From Alkalispirochaeta sp. (GTDB taxonomy: Bacteria; Spirochaetota; Spirochaetia; DSM-27196; Alkalispirochaetaceae), in NCBI GenBank assembly GCA_965601925.1, contig OZ271854.1, forward strand, positions 3,968,001 to 4,032,000: a DNA stretch of 64,000 nt, in the 5' to 3' direction. Shown one piece after another: positions 1-10,889 of this stretch (positions are counted from its first letter, which is position 1; each line of letters opens with the position of its first letter). Both the position numbers and the translations under genes were made by a program. Under the pieces are notes generated by a model. That model had not been told where the DNA came from, did not search any database, and saw nothing but the letters and a program-made list of their open reading frames with translations.

Positions 1-781
1 CGATCGGCGAGACCCGGGATCGCACCGCGACATGGGGTTCGATACCTTCGAGTCGAGTATTAGAGCCGTTCATCCGTTTCTGGTCCGCGTCGCCGAGCGC
101 GCCCACCGCGCTGCGGACGAGCCCGAAACCTTAGCCGCGACGCGTCGTATCGGCCTGGGAGCCGAGCGCGCGATGTTTGCGGCGACCGGCGGTGTCAACA
201 CCCACAAGGGGCAGATTTTCGTCATGGTGACGCTCACGACCGCCGTATTGTGCGGCACCGTCTCCGCTCTTCACGCGTCGTCGATTACCGAGCGATGGCG
301 TGCCGCGACGCGTCGTCTTACCTCCGGCATCGTGGAGCGCGAGCTCGTCGGACTGAACACGAGCGATGCACCGCTGTCGCACGGGGAGCGGCTATACCGT
401 ACCCACGGCGTAACCGGTATTCGGGGCGAGGCCCAAACGGGATTTCCGGCGATTTTCGAGGTCGGTCTGCCGGCGTATCGCTCCGCTATGAGGGACGGTT
501 GCTCATCGAACGATGCCGCAGTTCATGCGTTGCTCGCAATCATGACCGTCGCGGAAGACACGACCGTCGTCCACCGCGGTGGACCGGCGGCGCTGGGGTA
601 CGTGCGAACGGCGGCGCACGAGGCGCTCGCCCTCGGCGGCGGTCGCACCTCCGAGGGACTGGCGTATGTTGAGGCGATGAACGCCGCCTTTATCGAGCGC
701 GGCATCAGTCCCGGGGGGTGCGCCGACCTTTTGGCCGGTACGATCTTCGTACATACAACGGTAAAAGCGAATGCCACCTAA
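1..781 (+). CDS. citG: Triphosphoribosyl-dephospho-CoA synthase (5'-partial)
   Basis: Motifs GSHRDM, GGVNTHKG, GIRGEA, DTT..HRGG, SPGGCADLL. The frame is open back to the window start (DRRDPGSHRDM), so the gene begins upstream. Confidence 0.9.
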   Translation, partial: DRRDPGSHRDMGFDTFESSIRAVHPFLVRVAERAHRAADEPETLAATRRIGLGAERAMFAATGGVNTHKGQIFVMVTLTTAVLCGTVSALHASSITERWRAATRRLTSGIVERELVGLNTSDAPLSHGERLYRTHGVTGIRGEAQTGFPAIFEVGLPAYRSAMRDGCSSNDAAVHALLAIMTVAEDTTVVHRGGPAALGYVRTAAHEALALGGGRTSEGLAYVEAMNAAFIERGISPGGCADLLAGTIFVHTTVKANAT

Positions 782-1334
782 GGCGTCCGATATACCGTTC
801 GCGATTCTCGGGGCACGCGAGGAGCGTGGTCGGCACACCCGCCGCTTTATAATGCGCCTTCGCCGCCCGACAATCGTGTTGTCGGTCAATGTCCCCGGGC
901 CGGACAAAAACGAACCGTGGGTAGCCGGTGTGCTGAGGCGGGGACGGCGTGCCGTCGGTGCCGAACTTGAAGCGTGTGGATGGATTGTACAGGAGGCGGA
1001 GGCGTACGACTCCGCGGCGGGGCCGGAATGGCGTGCGGCGATCGCCGGCACGGAGGATATCGAGCGGGGCGCGAACCGTTGTGCTGAGGTCCGCTCGATA
1101 CCATCCGGGATCGAGCTCAAACGCATGGCGGTCCGTATCGAGGAGACGCATCCGATCGGGCGTCTTCTCGATATCGACGTATTCGACCGCGATCGTACGC
1201 CGATAGGACGATCTGCGTTAGGACTGCCGCCGCGACGGTGCTTGGTCTGCGGAAACGCCGCTCACGAGTGTGCACGTAGTAGACGACACGCTCCGTCCGA
1301 GTTACGGGCGAGGATCGCGGCGTTGTTGGGATAA
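771..1334 (+). CDS. citX: Apo-citrate lyase phosphoribosyl-dephospho-CoA transferase
   Basis: ILGAREER, NVPGPDK, EETHPIGRLLDIDV, RRCLVC...CARSRRH; overlaps citG. Confidence 0.9.
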   Translation: MPPKASDIPFAILGAREERGRHTRRFIMRLRRPTIVLSVNVPGPDKNEPWVAGVLRRGRRAVGAELEACGWIVQEAEAYDSAAGPEWRAAIAGTEDIERGANRCAEVRSIPSGIELKRMAVRIEETHPIGRLLDIDVFDRDRTPIGRSALGLPPRRCLVCGNAAHECARSRRHAPSELRARIAALLG

Positions 1335-1384
1335 CGCCGTTCGTTTGCGGTCCGTCTCGCAACGGGCCGCGACCGGCGAACGTC

Positions 1385-4300
1385 TTACGGCAACGCCCGG
1401 GCCACCGTTTCACCGCGACGCAAATGGCGAATCGCCTCCACCGCCGCCCGCGCCACCGAGGTGGTCGTCGTATAGGGAATGCGGTGCCGTAGCGCCTCGA
1501 CGCGTAGGTATCCGTCGTCGCTCTGCGTATACCGTCCCAAGGGAGTGTTGATCATCATATCGATGCGTCCCGAGCGAATATGGTCGATGACGTGGGGGTG
1601 CCCCTCGTGAACCTTCAAGATAACCTCGGCCATGATGCCGCGTTCAAAGAGAAAGGCCGCGGTACCGCGTGTGGCGGCGATCGAGAAGCCCATCGCCATC
1701 AAGTCTTTCACGACCGGCAGAATCGTCTCCTTGTCGTAGTCGTTTACCGCGACGAATACGCGTCCCTCGTGGGGTAGTCGGGTGCCGGTCGCGATCGACG
1801 CCTTGGCGAAGGCTTCGCCGAAGTCCTCGCCGATACCGATCGCCTCGCCGGTGGAACGCATCTCGGGTCCCAAAAGCGGATCGTGACCGGCAAAGCGATC
1901 GAAACTGAACATCGCCTCCTTCACGGCCCACCCGACGGCGCACTTCCCGATGCCGACGCCCGTTCCGTCCGACGGTACCAGCCCTTGCGTCACGAGGTCG
2001 GTACCGGCCCACACGCCGACCGCCGCCGCCACCAGGTCTACGCCCGACGTTTTTGAGAGAAACGGCACGGTTCGCGACGCGCGGGGATTGACCTCTAAGA
2101 CGTACAACGCTCCCTCTTTGACGGCGTATTGAATGTTCACAAATCCTCGTACGCCGATTTCACGCGCGATCGCCGCCGTCGCGCGCACCATCTCGGCCTC
2201 CAACGCGCCGTCTTCCTTGAACGGCGGAAACACACACGCCGAGTCGCCGGAGTGCACGCCGGCGGCCTCAATGTGCTGCATGATGCCACCGATGTATACG
2301 TTTATCCCGTCGGCGACGGCGTCTACGTCGTACTCGAACGCGTCTTCGAGAAACTGATCGACCAGCACCGGCCGTTCGGCACTCAAAATCGGCGAACGGG
2401 AGAGGAACTCGTCCAACTCATCACGATTGTAGGCGATCGTCATACTACGCCCGCCCAACACGAACGAAGGACGCAGGAGTACCGGGTATCCGATGTCACG
2501 CGCCGCCTCGCGCACCGCCTCGACGGTGCCCGCCATACGATTGTGGGGTTGACGGAGTCCGAGACGCGCGATGAGGTGGGTGAACTTCTCCCGATCCTCC
2601 GCATCCTGAATGCTTTGTACGCCCGTGCCGACGATCCGAGCGCCGGCCGCCTCGAGCTCGGCCGCCATGTTCAACGGTGTCTGGCCGCCGAGTTGTACCA
2701 CCACGTCACGAAGCCCCTCTTTGCGTATCACTTCACAGACGTCTTCGGCCGTAAGCGGCTCGATGTAGAGACGGTCCGAGACGTTGAAGTCGGTGGAGAC
2801 CGTCTCGGGATTGGAGTTGACCATGACCGTTTGGCGCCCCAAGCGGCGAAATGCGAGCGACGATAAGGTGCAACACGTATCGAACTCGAGCCCCTGTCCG
2901 ATGCGGTTGGGTCCCGATCCGACGATCAGCACGCCCGACTCACCGATCGGCCTCCCCTCGTCGGTCTCGCCCCAGGAGGAGTAAAAGTAGGGAGTCTCGG
3001 CTTCAAACTCTCCGGCGCACGTATCGACGAAGTGGTACACCGCGTTGATGCCGGCCTCTCTTCGTGCATCCCGGATCGTTACGCTTTTTATCGCGGGTCG
3101 ATGCGGTCGGTCGTGTACGGCCCCCTCGTTCAGAAGGCGTGCGATTCGACCGTCGGTAAGGCCGCGTCGCTTCGCTTCCAGGAGGAGCTCCGGCGAAATG
3201 TCTCGACCGTCGTTCTCTGTAGCTACGCTTCGGGAGCGACCCACCTCGCCGATCGTCTCCTCGAGCCGCGCCTGCTCGACAAACTCGTGAAGGAACCAAC
3301 GGTCGTACCCGCTTGCCGCGGCGATCGACTCGACCGCGACATCGACCGCGCCGGTTTGTCCCGACCGCTCGTCGGCGATTGCTCGTCGTATCGTGGTATA
3401 GGCTGCAAACATCCGGCGCGGGTGGAGCGTCTCGACCATCCGCCGTAGTTCCGCCGCATCGACGGAGATCTCCTCCAGACCGTCGAATCCGTACTCGGCG
3501 GCGCGGATCGCCTTGTTTAACGACTCCCCGAAGGTACGCCCAAGAGCGAGGCTCTCGCCGACCGACTTCATCTGCGTGCCCAAACTCGTGTAGCCCTCGG
3601 GAAACTTCTCAAGCTCGAACCGCGGTACCTTTACCGCCACGTAATCGAGGGCCGGCTCAAAGCTCGAGACCGTTTTGCCGGTGATATCGTTAATAACCTC
3701 GTCCAAGGTGTAGCCCACCGCGAGACGCGCCGAGGCGCGGGCGATGGGGAAGCCGGTCGCCTTGCTTGCAAGGGCCGAGCTTCGCGAGACGCGAGGGTTC
3801 ATCTCGATAACGACCATACGACCGTCTTTGGGGTTGAAGGCGAACTGTACATTGGAGCCGCCGCAGTCCACGCCGACGCCGCGGAGGATTTCGATTGAGG
3901 CGCTGCGCATCCGCTGGTACTCGCGATCGCTCAAGGTCTGGATCGGTGCTACGGTGATGCTGTCGCCGGTATGTACGCCCATCGGATCGATATTCTCGAT
4001 CGAACAGACGACCACCGCATTATCCGCACCGTCGCGCATCACCTCGAGTTCAAACTCCTTCCACCCGATCAGACTCTCCTCGATAAGCGCGGTGTGAACG
4101 GGACTCTCCGCCAGCGCGCGTTCGATGGACGAGCGCGCCTCCTCTTCGGTGTAGGCGATGCTGCCGCCCTTGCCGCCCAAGGTATAACTGGGTCGAATGA
4201 TGAGGGGCAATCCGAAGCGACCCTTGACCTCCATCGCCTCGGTGAGGCTTCCCACCAGGGCAGAGCGCGGACTCTCCATGCCGAGTCGGCGGACCAGTTC

Positions 4301-4699
4301 CTTGAACTCGCCGCGATCCTCCGCGAGTCGAATTGATCGGATCGCCGCGCCGATCACCTCGACATCGTAGCGTTCAAAAACACCTGCGGCGTCGAGATCC
4401 ATCGCCAGATTGAGCGCCGTTTGCCCTCCCATCGTCGCGAGAATCGCATCGGGGCGCTCCTTTTGGATGATGTCTTCGATGTAATCGACTTCCAGAGGAT
4501 CCATGTATATCGCGTCCGCGCTACCGGGAGTCGTCATCACCGTCGCCGGATTGGGGTTCACCAGGATAACGCGATACCCCTCCTCTTTGAGGGAGCGCAC
4601 GGCTTGGTTTCCCGAATAGTCGAACTCGCACGCCTGTCCAATCACGATAGGACCGCTGCCGACGAGCAAAATCGAGGAAATATCCGTTCTTCGCGGCAT
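1385..4699 (-). CDS. carB: Carbamoyl-phosphate synthase large subunit
   Basis: Starts [30 protein letters not shown]; duplicated ATP-grasp domains; C-terminal MGS domain. Confidence 0.97.
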   Translation of the reverse strand: MPRRTDISSILLVGSGPIVIGQACEFDYSGNQAVRSLKEEGYRVILVNPNPATVMTTPGSADAIYMDPLEVDYIEDIIQKERPDAILATMGGQTALNLAMDLDAAGVFERYDVEVIGAAIRSIRLAEDRGEFKELVRRLGMESPRSALVGSLTEAMEVKGRFGLPLIIRPSYTLGGKGGSIAYTEEEARSSIERALAESPVHTALIEESLIGWKEFELEVMRDGADNAVVVCSIENIDPMGVHTGDSITVAPIQTLSDREYQRMRSASIEILRGVGVDCGGSNVQFAFNPKDGRMVVIEMNPRVSRSSALASKATGFPIARASARLAVGYTLDEVINDITGKTVSSFEPALDYVAVKVPRFELEKFPEGYTSLGTQMKSVGESLALGRTFGESLNKAIRAAEYGFDGLEEISVDAAELRRMVETLHPRRMFAAYTTIRRAIADERSGQTGAVDVAVESIAAASGYDRWFLHEFVEQARLEETIGEVGRSRSVATENDGRDISPELLLEAKRRGLTDGRIARLLNEGAVHDRPHRPAIKSVTIRDARREAGINAVYHFVDTCAGEFEAETPYFYSSWGETDEGRPIGESGVLIVGSGPNRIGQGLEFDTCCTLSSLAFRRLGRQTVMVNSNPETVSTDFNVSDRLYIEPLTAEDVCEVIRKEGLRDVVVQLGGQTPLNMAAELEAAGARIVGTGVQSIQDAEDREKFTHLIARLGLRQPHNRMAGTVEAVREAARDIGYPVLLRPSFVLGGRSMTIAYNRDELDEFLSRSPILSAERPVLVDQFLEDAFEYDVDAVADGINVYIGGIMQHIEAAGVHSGDSACVFPPFKEDGALEAEMVRATAAIAREIGVRGFVNIQYAVKEGALYVLEVNPRASRTVPFLSKTSGVDLVAAAVGVWAGTDLVTQGLVPSDGTGVGIGKCAVGWAVKEAMFSFDRFAGHDPLLGPEMRSTGEAIGIGEDFGEAFAKASIATGTRLPHEGRVFVAVNDYDKETILPVVKDLMAMGFSIAATRGTAAFLFERGIMAEVILKVHEGHPHVIDHIRSGRIDMMINTPLGRYTQSDDGYLRVEALRHRIPYTTTTSVARAAVEAIRHLRRGETVARALP

Positions 4700-4700
4700 G

Positions 4701-5969
4701 CTAACGCTCCCTTTCCCGGTTCGAAGATGGTGAGTCCGTCGTCTCCGCCTGCTGCCGCGGCGCATACCCCGGTATCGCATCGAGAAAGGCCTCGAAGATC
4801 CAGCGACTATCGACGGGGCCCGGCGCGCTCTCAGGATGAAACTGCGTTGAGCGAATGCGACGCGTATCGTCCCGTAACCCCTCGATGCTGCCGTCGTTGG
4901 CGTTGCGGAACCATACCGACACTCCGTCCGGAAGGCTCTCCTCATCGACTGAAAAACCGTGGTTCTGACTGGTCACAAAGACGCGCCCGGTGATCTCGTC
5001 GCGTACCGGATGATTCACGCCGTGATGTCCGAACTTCATCTTAAAAGTTTCGCCACCGATCGCCTCGGCGATAATCTGGTGGCCGAGGCAGATACCCAGC
5101 ACCGGGAGGCGACCGATGAGGAGGCGCGTCTGCTCAACCTGGTGTCCGAGAACCGCCGGATCACCGGGTCCGTTGGAAAGCATCACCGCGTCGGGATCGG
5201 TCGCAAGGATCTCATCGGCGGTTGCGGTCGACGGGAGCACGGTGAGGCGACAGTCGAGGGCGCGTAACTCTCTGATGATGTTGGCCTTCGCGCCGCAGTC
5301 GTAGATTGCCACGTGCGGCCCGTCGCCTCCGATGCCTGCGGAGGCGGACCGCGGAACATCGATGGACACGGTCCGACGCGTGCCGACCTCAGAGACCAGG
5401 CCCCTCCCTTCCATGCTGGGAAAGGTGTGCACCGCTTCTACCGCGCGGCGTCGCTCCGCTTCCGTCTCCGTGCGGCATATAACGCCGTTCTGCGTACCGT
5501 TATCTCTCAGGTGGAGCGTCAAAGCGCGCGTATCGACGCCGGTGATGCCCGAGATGCCGGCGGAGGCAAGATAGTCGGAGAGGCGCACTCTTCCCTCGGG
5601 CACCGGACCGCGATACAGACTCCGGACGACGAACCCGGCGACCTTAATCGGACGTCCGATCGTAGAACGGTCCTCCGGAGGAGAACCCCCTTCGGGGCCC
5701 GACTCGGACCAGATCTCTTCAACTCCGTAGTTTCCGATGTGGGGATAGGTCATCGCAACGATCTGGCCGGTATAGGAGGGATCGGTGAGAACCTCCGCAT
5801 ACCCGCTCATCGCGGTGTTGAATACGACTTCACCGACGTGGGCCAATATCGGGCGGCTCGTCGCATTGCGCACGGCCGCCTCAATCGCATCTACGGTACT
5901 GGGTGTCGCACCGAAGGACACTCCGTCAAAACATGTTCCGTCCGAAAGGATCAATACGCAGTTCGACAC
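4701..5969 (-). CDS. carA: Carbamoyl-phosphate synthase small subunit
   Basis: [38 protein letters not shown] start after GAGGAG. Confidence 0.96.
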   Translation of the reverse strand: MSNCVLILSDGTCFDGVSFGATPSTVDAIEAAVRNATSRPILAHVGEVVFNTAMSGYAEVLTDPSYTGQIVAMTYPHIGNYGVEEIWSESGPEGGSPPEDRSTIGRPIKVAGFVVRSLYRGPVPEGRVRLSDYLASAGISGITGVDTRALTLHLRDNGTQNGVICRTETEAERRRAVEAVHTFPSMEGRGLVSEVGTRRTVSIDVPRSASAGIGGDGPHVAIYDCGAKANIIRELRALDCRLTVLPSTATADEILATDPDAVMLSNGPGDPAVLGHQVEQTRLLIGRLPVLGICLGHQIIAEAIGGETFKMKFGHHGVNHPVRDEITGRVFVTSQNHGFSVDEESLPDGVSVWFRNANDGSIEGLRDDTRRIRSTQFHPESAPGPVDSRWIFEAFLDAIPGYAPRQQAETTDSPSSNRERER

Positions 5970-5998
5970 TAATACTCCTCTCGGGACTGCATTGTGCC
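5965..5998 (-). promoter_or_regulatory. Hairpin sequestering the carA SD and start codon, with a PyrR-like loop
   Basis: GGCAC AATGC AGTCCCGAGAGGA GTATT A GTGTC; matches ARUCCNGNGAGG of the PyrR consensus. Confidence 0.4.
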
Positions 5999-6150
5999 CG
6001 GTCGTGGAACGGAAGCACAAGACCTTCTGACCCCTTCACACGGTAACCGACCAAAGTCACCGCCCTCTCTCGACACCGTTGTTGCGTCCATGTAAGAGGA
6101 GCGACGGCAACGAGGCCCGCGAGTGGCGTGTCCGAGTTCGCGCTGCGGCG

Positions 6151-6771
6151 TTAGATGAACGTGAGTTTGATACGAGTCAACAGACGAACGTGATCGAGTT
6201 TCTGAGGCCCGTCCACCTCAACCGTTACGGCTTTGGTCTTGCCCGTCGCCTCGATCTCTTTCCACTGACTCTCGTACTGATCATCGAGACCACTCCGCTC
6301 CAAGAGCGGAATCGCGTTCGCATTGAAGTAAAACGTCGTCTTGAACATATGGTGACAGACGGTTACCCAAACGGCTGTCTTGTTTTTGACGGTGCTTTTG
6401 CCGAGCCAGGTGTTGCCGTCGGTGTAATAGCGCCATTCCAAGGAGATTGGTGGGGTGCATTTGCGGAACTCATCGACCATTCGATCAAGGAGCACTTTGG
6501 CCTCTCCCAGGTGATGCGCCAACACACCGTCGTCGGGGTACGTGTCTGGGTCACCGAGAACCGTCTTTCCCACCGTCCACGGTTGGAAGGTCAGTCCTCG
6601 CTCGGCTAATGCGTCCTTGATGAGCGATACGGCTTTCGGACCTACCCCGCGAAGGCTCCGGACCTGAGCCTCGGAGACGCTCGTAAAGTCTTCCAACTTC
6701 ATGAAGTTGAGCGTCTCTATTCCGCGTTGCGCCGGAGCGGGAAGCTTCGAGAGAAGCGTTGTCAGATCCAT
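6151..6771 (-). CDS. Helix-hairpin-helix (alphaCTD-like) domain fused to a DUF3788-like domain
   Basis: N-terminal LPAPAQR...LRGVGPKA; C-terminal LEWRYY.DG..WL.K; SD GGAGG before ATG. Confidence 0.65.
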   Translation of the reverse strand: MDLTTLLSKLPAPAQRGIETLNFMKLEDFTSVSEAQVRSLRGVGPKAVSLIKDALAERGLTFQPWTVGKTVLGDPDTYPDDGVLAHHLGEAKVLLDRMVDEFRKCTPPISLEWRYYTDGNTWLGKSTVKNKTAVWVTVCHHMFKTTFYFNANAIPLLERSGLDDQYESQWKEIEATGKTKAVTVEVDGPQKLDHVRLLTRIKLTFI

Positions 6772-7005
6772 AAGTTCCTCCCGAACGGGCACCACCAGAG
6801 GTGTGCTGAGTCAACGAGTCGTGTGTGCCTGGGTAACTCTCACCCCGTAAACGAATCTCGTCAAGGTAACGAACCGGCGACGTTTTTCCCGAAACGGTTC
6901 CTTGCAAAGTGAAACGTTCGCGTATCCGAAATAGATACATAGATTTCTCGCGTCATTCAGGCCCGCAACGATACCGACTCCGATCAGCAATCTTTTTGCG
7001 GACAC

Positions 7006-7036
7006 AAAAAAACCGACGGAGTGATATCCGTCGGTT
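7006..7036 (-). terminator. Intrinsic terminator after the tRNA pair
   Basis: AACCGACGGA-6nt-TCCGTCGGTT followed by a T run on the minus strand. Confidence 0.85.
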
Positions 7037-7040
7037 ACCG

Positions 7041-7112
7041 TAGCCCGTAGGGGAATCGAACCCCTGTTTTGGGAATGAGAATCCCACGTCCTAGCCGCTA
7101 GACGAACGGGCC
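7041..7112 (-). tRNA. tRNA-Glu(CTC)
   Basis: GGCCCGT acceptor stem, anticodon arm TGGGA-TTCTCAT-TCCCA, GGTTCGATTCC T-arm; CCA not encoded. Confidence 0.96.
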
Positions 7113-7129
7113 GATATCATTTGTCATTG

Positions 7130-7201
7130 CTTCCCGGGGAGGACTTGAACCCCCACTGTCAGAGCCAGAATCTGATGTGCTACCAATTACACCACCGGGA
7201 A
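7130..7201 (-). tRNA. tRNA-Gln(CTG)
   Basis: TTCCCGG/CCGGGAA acceptor stem, anticodon arm TCAGA-TTCTGGC-TCTGA, GGTTCAAGTCC. Confidence 0.96.
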
Positions 7202-7291
7202 TCACATGCAAATGTGCTCGAATCTTAGCGTTCTCGTTCCCGATGTGTCAAGAGTCGACCTGCGGATACGGTGCCGCACAGCGGGCTCCCT

Positions 7292-7825
7292 TTACTCGCT
7301 CGCGTACTCTTGTAGGTAGCGCACATCGCGCCCCCTGAGGCGGGCGGCAAACCCGAGAAACGGAAGGGCGACCACGGCAAATACGCCGGCAACGTGGGCC
7401 CCCGCCTCCTCTATGAGCTCACACGCCGCCTCGACGGTGCCTCCGGTGGCGATAAGGTCATCGATGACGAGAATGTCAGCCCCGGGCGTTACGTCCTCGC
7501 GGTGGACCTCGATGCGATCGGTTCCGTATTCCAACGCGAACTCCCGCCCGATCGTCCGGCCCGGGAGCTTCCCCGCCTTCCGCAAGAGGATAAGCGGTAC
7601 GTTCTGACGGTAGGCGAAGGGTGCGGCAAGCAGAAAGCCGCGCGCCTCGATCGCCGCCACGGCCTGAATGCTACGGTCGGCATAGATATCGACCATGCGA
7701 TCGACGGTGTACGAAAAGGCGTCGGGTTTGGCCAAAAGACTCGTAAGGTCATAAAACAGGATGCCCGGCTTAGGAAAATCGGGAATCTTTCTGATTGCGG
7801 CATCGATCGCATCGTCGGTGACCAT
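7292..7825 (-). CDS. apt: Adenine phosphoribosyltransferase
   Basis: IPDFPKPGILFYD, EARGF, RKAGKLP, LEYG, IDDLIATGGT. Confidence 0.95.
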   Translation of the reverse strand: MVTDDAIDAAIRKIPDFPKPGILFYDLTSLLAKPDAFSYTVDRMVDIYADRSIQAVAAIEARGFLLAAPFAYRQNVPLILLRKAGKLPGRTIGREFALEYGTDRIEVHREDVTPGADILVIDDLIATGGTVEAACELIEEAGAHVAGVFAVVALPFLGFAARLRGRDVRYLQEYASE

Positions 7826-7938
7826 GGGCGCAGTATCGGTCGGATGACGCCGCCTCGTCAACGGAGTCGGTGTATCAATGCCGCCCAATGTCACATATTT
7901 GAACAAACTGCGTTCTCGTCCTATAGTAAGACTGGAAC

Positions 7939-8910
7939 ATGCAGTATTTGATTCCCATTGCGAGTGGAAAAGGCGGTGTAGGCAAGTCGATTCTCGCCGC
8001 CAATCTCGGTATCGCCCTTGCCCAACAGCAAAAGACCGTCGTGCTCGTGGACTTGGATCTCGGGGGAAGCAATCTGCACACGATTCTCGGTATTCGAAAC
8101 CGGCACGCCGGGATCGGCCACTTCATCTATCGCCAAGCCGCCGGTCTCGAGGAGTTAGTCGTGGAGACGCCCCAGGAGCGCCTCTTTTTGATCCCCGGCG
8201 ACGGGTTGTTCGCCGGCACGGCCAACCTCCCCTATTGGCGGAAGCTGGCGCTCATGAAGGAGCTCGAACGGCTGACTGCCGACTTCGTGATTCTCGATCT
8301 CGGTTCCGGGAGCGCCTTCAACACATTGGATTTGTTTCTCGTATCGCCGGCGGGGCTCATCGTCACGACGCCCGACACGACGGCGATTCTCAACGCGTAC
8401 TCATTTCTCAAATCGAGCATGTTGCGCCTTCTGCAACGGAGTTTTCCCGGCAAAAGCGAGGAACGTCGGGCGGTGCTCACTTTTATGGAGACGCGCGTCG
8501 AGGGAAGCGATATGTCGATCCGCAACGTACTCGAGGCGATCGCCGCACTGAGCCCGGAGAGCGGCCACCGAGCCGAAGAGGCGCTGGAGGGCTTCCGCCC
8601 CCGTATCGTCATGAATATGGGGCGATCCGCGGAGGATATTAAGCTCGGAACTCGTTTGCGAATGGTAGCGCGGGATAACCTCAAACACGATCTCGAGTTC
8701 GTCGCCTATTTGCCCCAGGACGAGCTTACCTCCCGCAGTCCTCTGGAACGTCGTCCCACTGTGCTCGCCTATCCTCAGAGTCAGTATTCACGAGCCGTCG
8801 CGCAATGCGCCACGAGAATCATCCACGAGCCCATACCGGAACTGTTGAAGCTATTTCCCGACGACGAAGATATCCAGGAGCTTGCCGAGGGGTTTGCCGG
8901 TAGACCGTAG
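7939..8910 (+). CDS. MinD/FlhG-family P-loop ATPase
   Basis: SGKGGVGKS deviant Walker A, DLDLGGSNL, ILDLGSG. Confidence 0.85.
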   Translation: MQYLIPIASGKGGVGKSILAANLGIALAQQQKTVVLVDLDLGGSNLHTILGIRNRHAGIGHFIYRQAAGLEELVVETPQERLFLIPGDGLFAGTANLPYWRKLALMKELERLTADFVILDLGSGSAFNTLDLFLVSPAGLIVTTPDTTAILNAYSFLKSSMLRLLQRSFPGKSEERRAVLTFMETRVEGSDMSIRNVLEAIAALSPESGHRAEEALEGFRPRIVMNMGRSAEDIKLGTRLRMVARDNLKHDLEFVAYLPQDELTSRSPLERRPTVLAYPQSQYSRAVAQCATRIIHEPIPELLKLFPDDEDIQELAEGFAGRP

Positions 8911-8955
8911 GAACCGTAGAGACGCTTCTCGCTCGACCGCTCGTTGCGGTTTGCC

Positions 8956-10002
8956 CTATGCTTTGCCGCGAAATTCCGGGACGCGGGCCGCCACACCGAC
9001 ATCCCAAGTCGTCCGTGCTCCTCGTCGCAGCAAATGGTATCCGAGACCCGCGACCATCGCACCGTTGTCGATGCACAGTTCCATGGGCGGCACGACCACC
9101 TCAACGGGCTCGGGCAGCTCGGTTAAGGCCCGAAGGCGGCGTCTGAGCTCGCTATTCGCCGCAACACCGCCGCCGGCAACGACGCGCCGTATGCCGGTAT
9201 CTTCGACGGCGTTGCATAGTCTGTCGACGAGCATCTCTATCGCCGCATCTTGAAATGCCGCCGCGAGATTCTCCTTGGTCCGCGGATACGCATCGTTCCA
9301 AAAGCGGTCGAGTTGATGGACGACCGCAGTCTTCAGTCCCGAGAAGGAGACGTCGTACCGTTCTCGTGCGTGGTTTAGCCGCGGCCTGGGAAGGCGGCAG
9401 GAGCGCGGGTCGCCGGCTTGCGCGAGGCGATCGATTGCGGGGCCTCCCGGGTATCCGGTGCCGATAAACGCGCTCACTTTGTCGTATGCCTCGCCGCACG
9501 CATCGTCAATCGTGGTGCCGAGGACCTCAAGCACATCCTCCGAGCGACTAATCGCTACCATGCTATGGCCGCCGGAGACGAGCAGCACGAGGTAGGGATA
9601 CTCGATTGCGGCCTCCGGCACCAGCCGTGCGGCGTAGGCGTGGGCGTGCATGTGATTGACGGCTGCAAAGGGTACGTCGGCGGCGTACGCGTAACTCTTG
9701 GCGAAGGTAAGGCCCACCGCCAAGGAACCGGAGAGTCCCGGCCGATTGGTCGCCGCAACGCCGTCGATACGCAGGCTCGAAGGAACGACGCGCAACGATT
9801 GCGCCGCGTCGGTGAGGGCTCGTTCGGCTACAGGTAAGATTTGCTCGACGTGGGCCCGCGAAGCGACCTCGGGTATCACCCCGTGATATCTCGCGTGGAT
9901 TTCGGTCTGCGAGGCGGTCACGAGGGAATGAATGCGACGCCCGTCCTCGACAACGCTCGCCGAGGTCTCGTCGCACGAGCTTTCAATCCCCAGTATCAGC
10001 AT
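8956..10002 (-). CDS. tsaD: tRNA threonylcarbamoyltransferase
   Basis: LGIESSCDETS, GVIPEVASRAH, NHMHAH, VSGGHS, DDACGEAYDK, DNGAM. Confidence 0.96.
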   Translation of the reverse strand: MLILGIESSCDETSASVVEDGRRIHSLVTASQTEIHARYHGVIPEVASRAHVEQILPVAERALTDAAQSLRVVPSSLRIDGVAATNRPGLSGSLAVGLTFAKSYAYAADVPFAAVNHMHAHAYAARLVPEAAIEYPYLVLLVSGGHSMVAISRSEDVLEVLGTTIDDACGEAYDKVSAFIGTGYPGGPAIDRLAQAGDPRSCRLPRPRLNHARERYDVSFSGLKTAVVHQLDRFWNDAYPRTKENLAAAFQDAAIEMLVDRLCNAVEDTGIRRVVAGGGVAANSELRRRLRALTELPEPVEVVVPPMELCIDNGAMVAGLGYHLLRRGARTTWDVGVAARVPEFRGKA

Positions 10003-10873
10003 GCGCGTTCTCTCTCCTCTTCATCAGATCGCTCAACGGGAAGAAACGGAATCCGGCGTCCACGATCTCTCCGTAACGACTCAGTAGGACGCGGGCGAGC
10101 TCCGGTGAGGTTAGATGGCCTATCATGACCGCGTATCCGCGTTCGGCGGCAATGGCGAGCGCCTTGTCGAGTTGGTCGGAGATTGCCGCGTCGTCGCGCT
10201 CATTATCGAGAAACACGTCGCGCACGGCCGTCTCCAACCCGGCCTGCGCCGCGATATCAAAGGCGACGCTTTCGTGGGTCGTGCGACTGTCGAGAAAGAA
10301 GAGCTCATGGTCTCGCAAGGTCTCGGCGACGGCGAGCATAACGCGCGTATCGGTCGTTGCTTTGCTCCCCATGTGGTTGTTGACGCCGGTGATTCCGGGG
10401 AGCGAATCGATGTTATCCGCCAATATGCGGCCGATTTTATCCTCGGAATCGTCGACATAGATTGCACCGGGGCCGAGGGCGTTCCCGCCCAGCGCCTCCA
10501 TGGGTTGATGAAGAATGACCTCGTGGCCCGCCGCCAGCGAACGCCGCGCTACCTCTCGGCTGTATTCGAGTCCGGGAAGAACGGCGACCGTGTATACCCC
10601 TCGAAAGGGTTCAAAGTCGCGCATCTGCTCGACAGTGTGGCCGGCGTCGTCCAAAACGAGATAGAGCCGGGGGCCGGAAAACGGCTCGACGGTACCGGTC
10701 GTATCGGGTATGCCGGTTCCACCGGGGGGCTCGATACGACCCGGCCCGACATGCGCGGCGGGCTCTCCTTCTCCGGGGCCGCCGAACACGTCGGGCCGTA
10801 CAATCCATATAATCGCACCTACCGTGATGACCAACAGACAGACGAGGACGACTATCGTAGTTGTGCGCTGCAT
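9983..10873 (-). CDS. Divergent polysaccharide deacetylase family protein
   Basis: N-terminal TM; LDDAG, LHQPME, NNHMGS, FLDSRT, RDVFLD, IGH. Confidence 0.92.
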   Translation of the reverse strand: MQRTTTIVVLVCLLVITVGAIIWIVRPDVFGGPGEGEPAAHVGPGRIEPPGGTGIPDTTGTVEPFSGPRLYLVLDDAGHTVEQMRDFEPFRGVYTVAVLPGLEYSREVARRSLAAGHEVILHQPMEALGGNALGPGAIYVDDSEDKIGRILADNIDSLPGITGVNNHMGSKATTDTRVMLAVAETLRDHELFFLDSRTTHESVAFDIAAQAGLETAVRDVFLDNERDDAAISDQLDKALAIAAERGYAVMIGHLTSPELARVLLSRYGEIVDAGFRFFPLSDLMKRRENAHADTGD

Positions 10874-10889
10874 GTTCCTCCGCCGACGA

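Noticed and set aside
4700..4945. 82-aa N-terminal extension of CarB in the ORF track
   Set aside because: It overlaps carA; the canonical start MPRRTDI is at 4699
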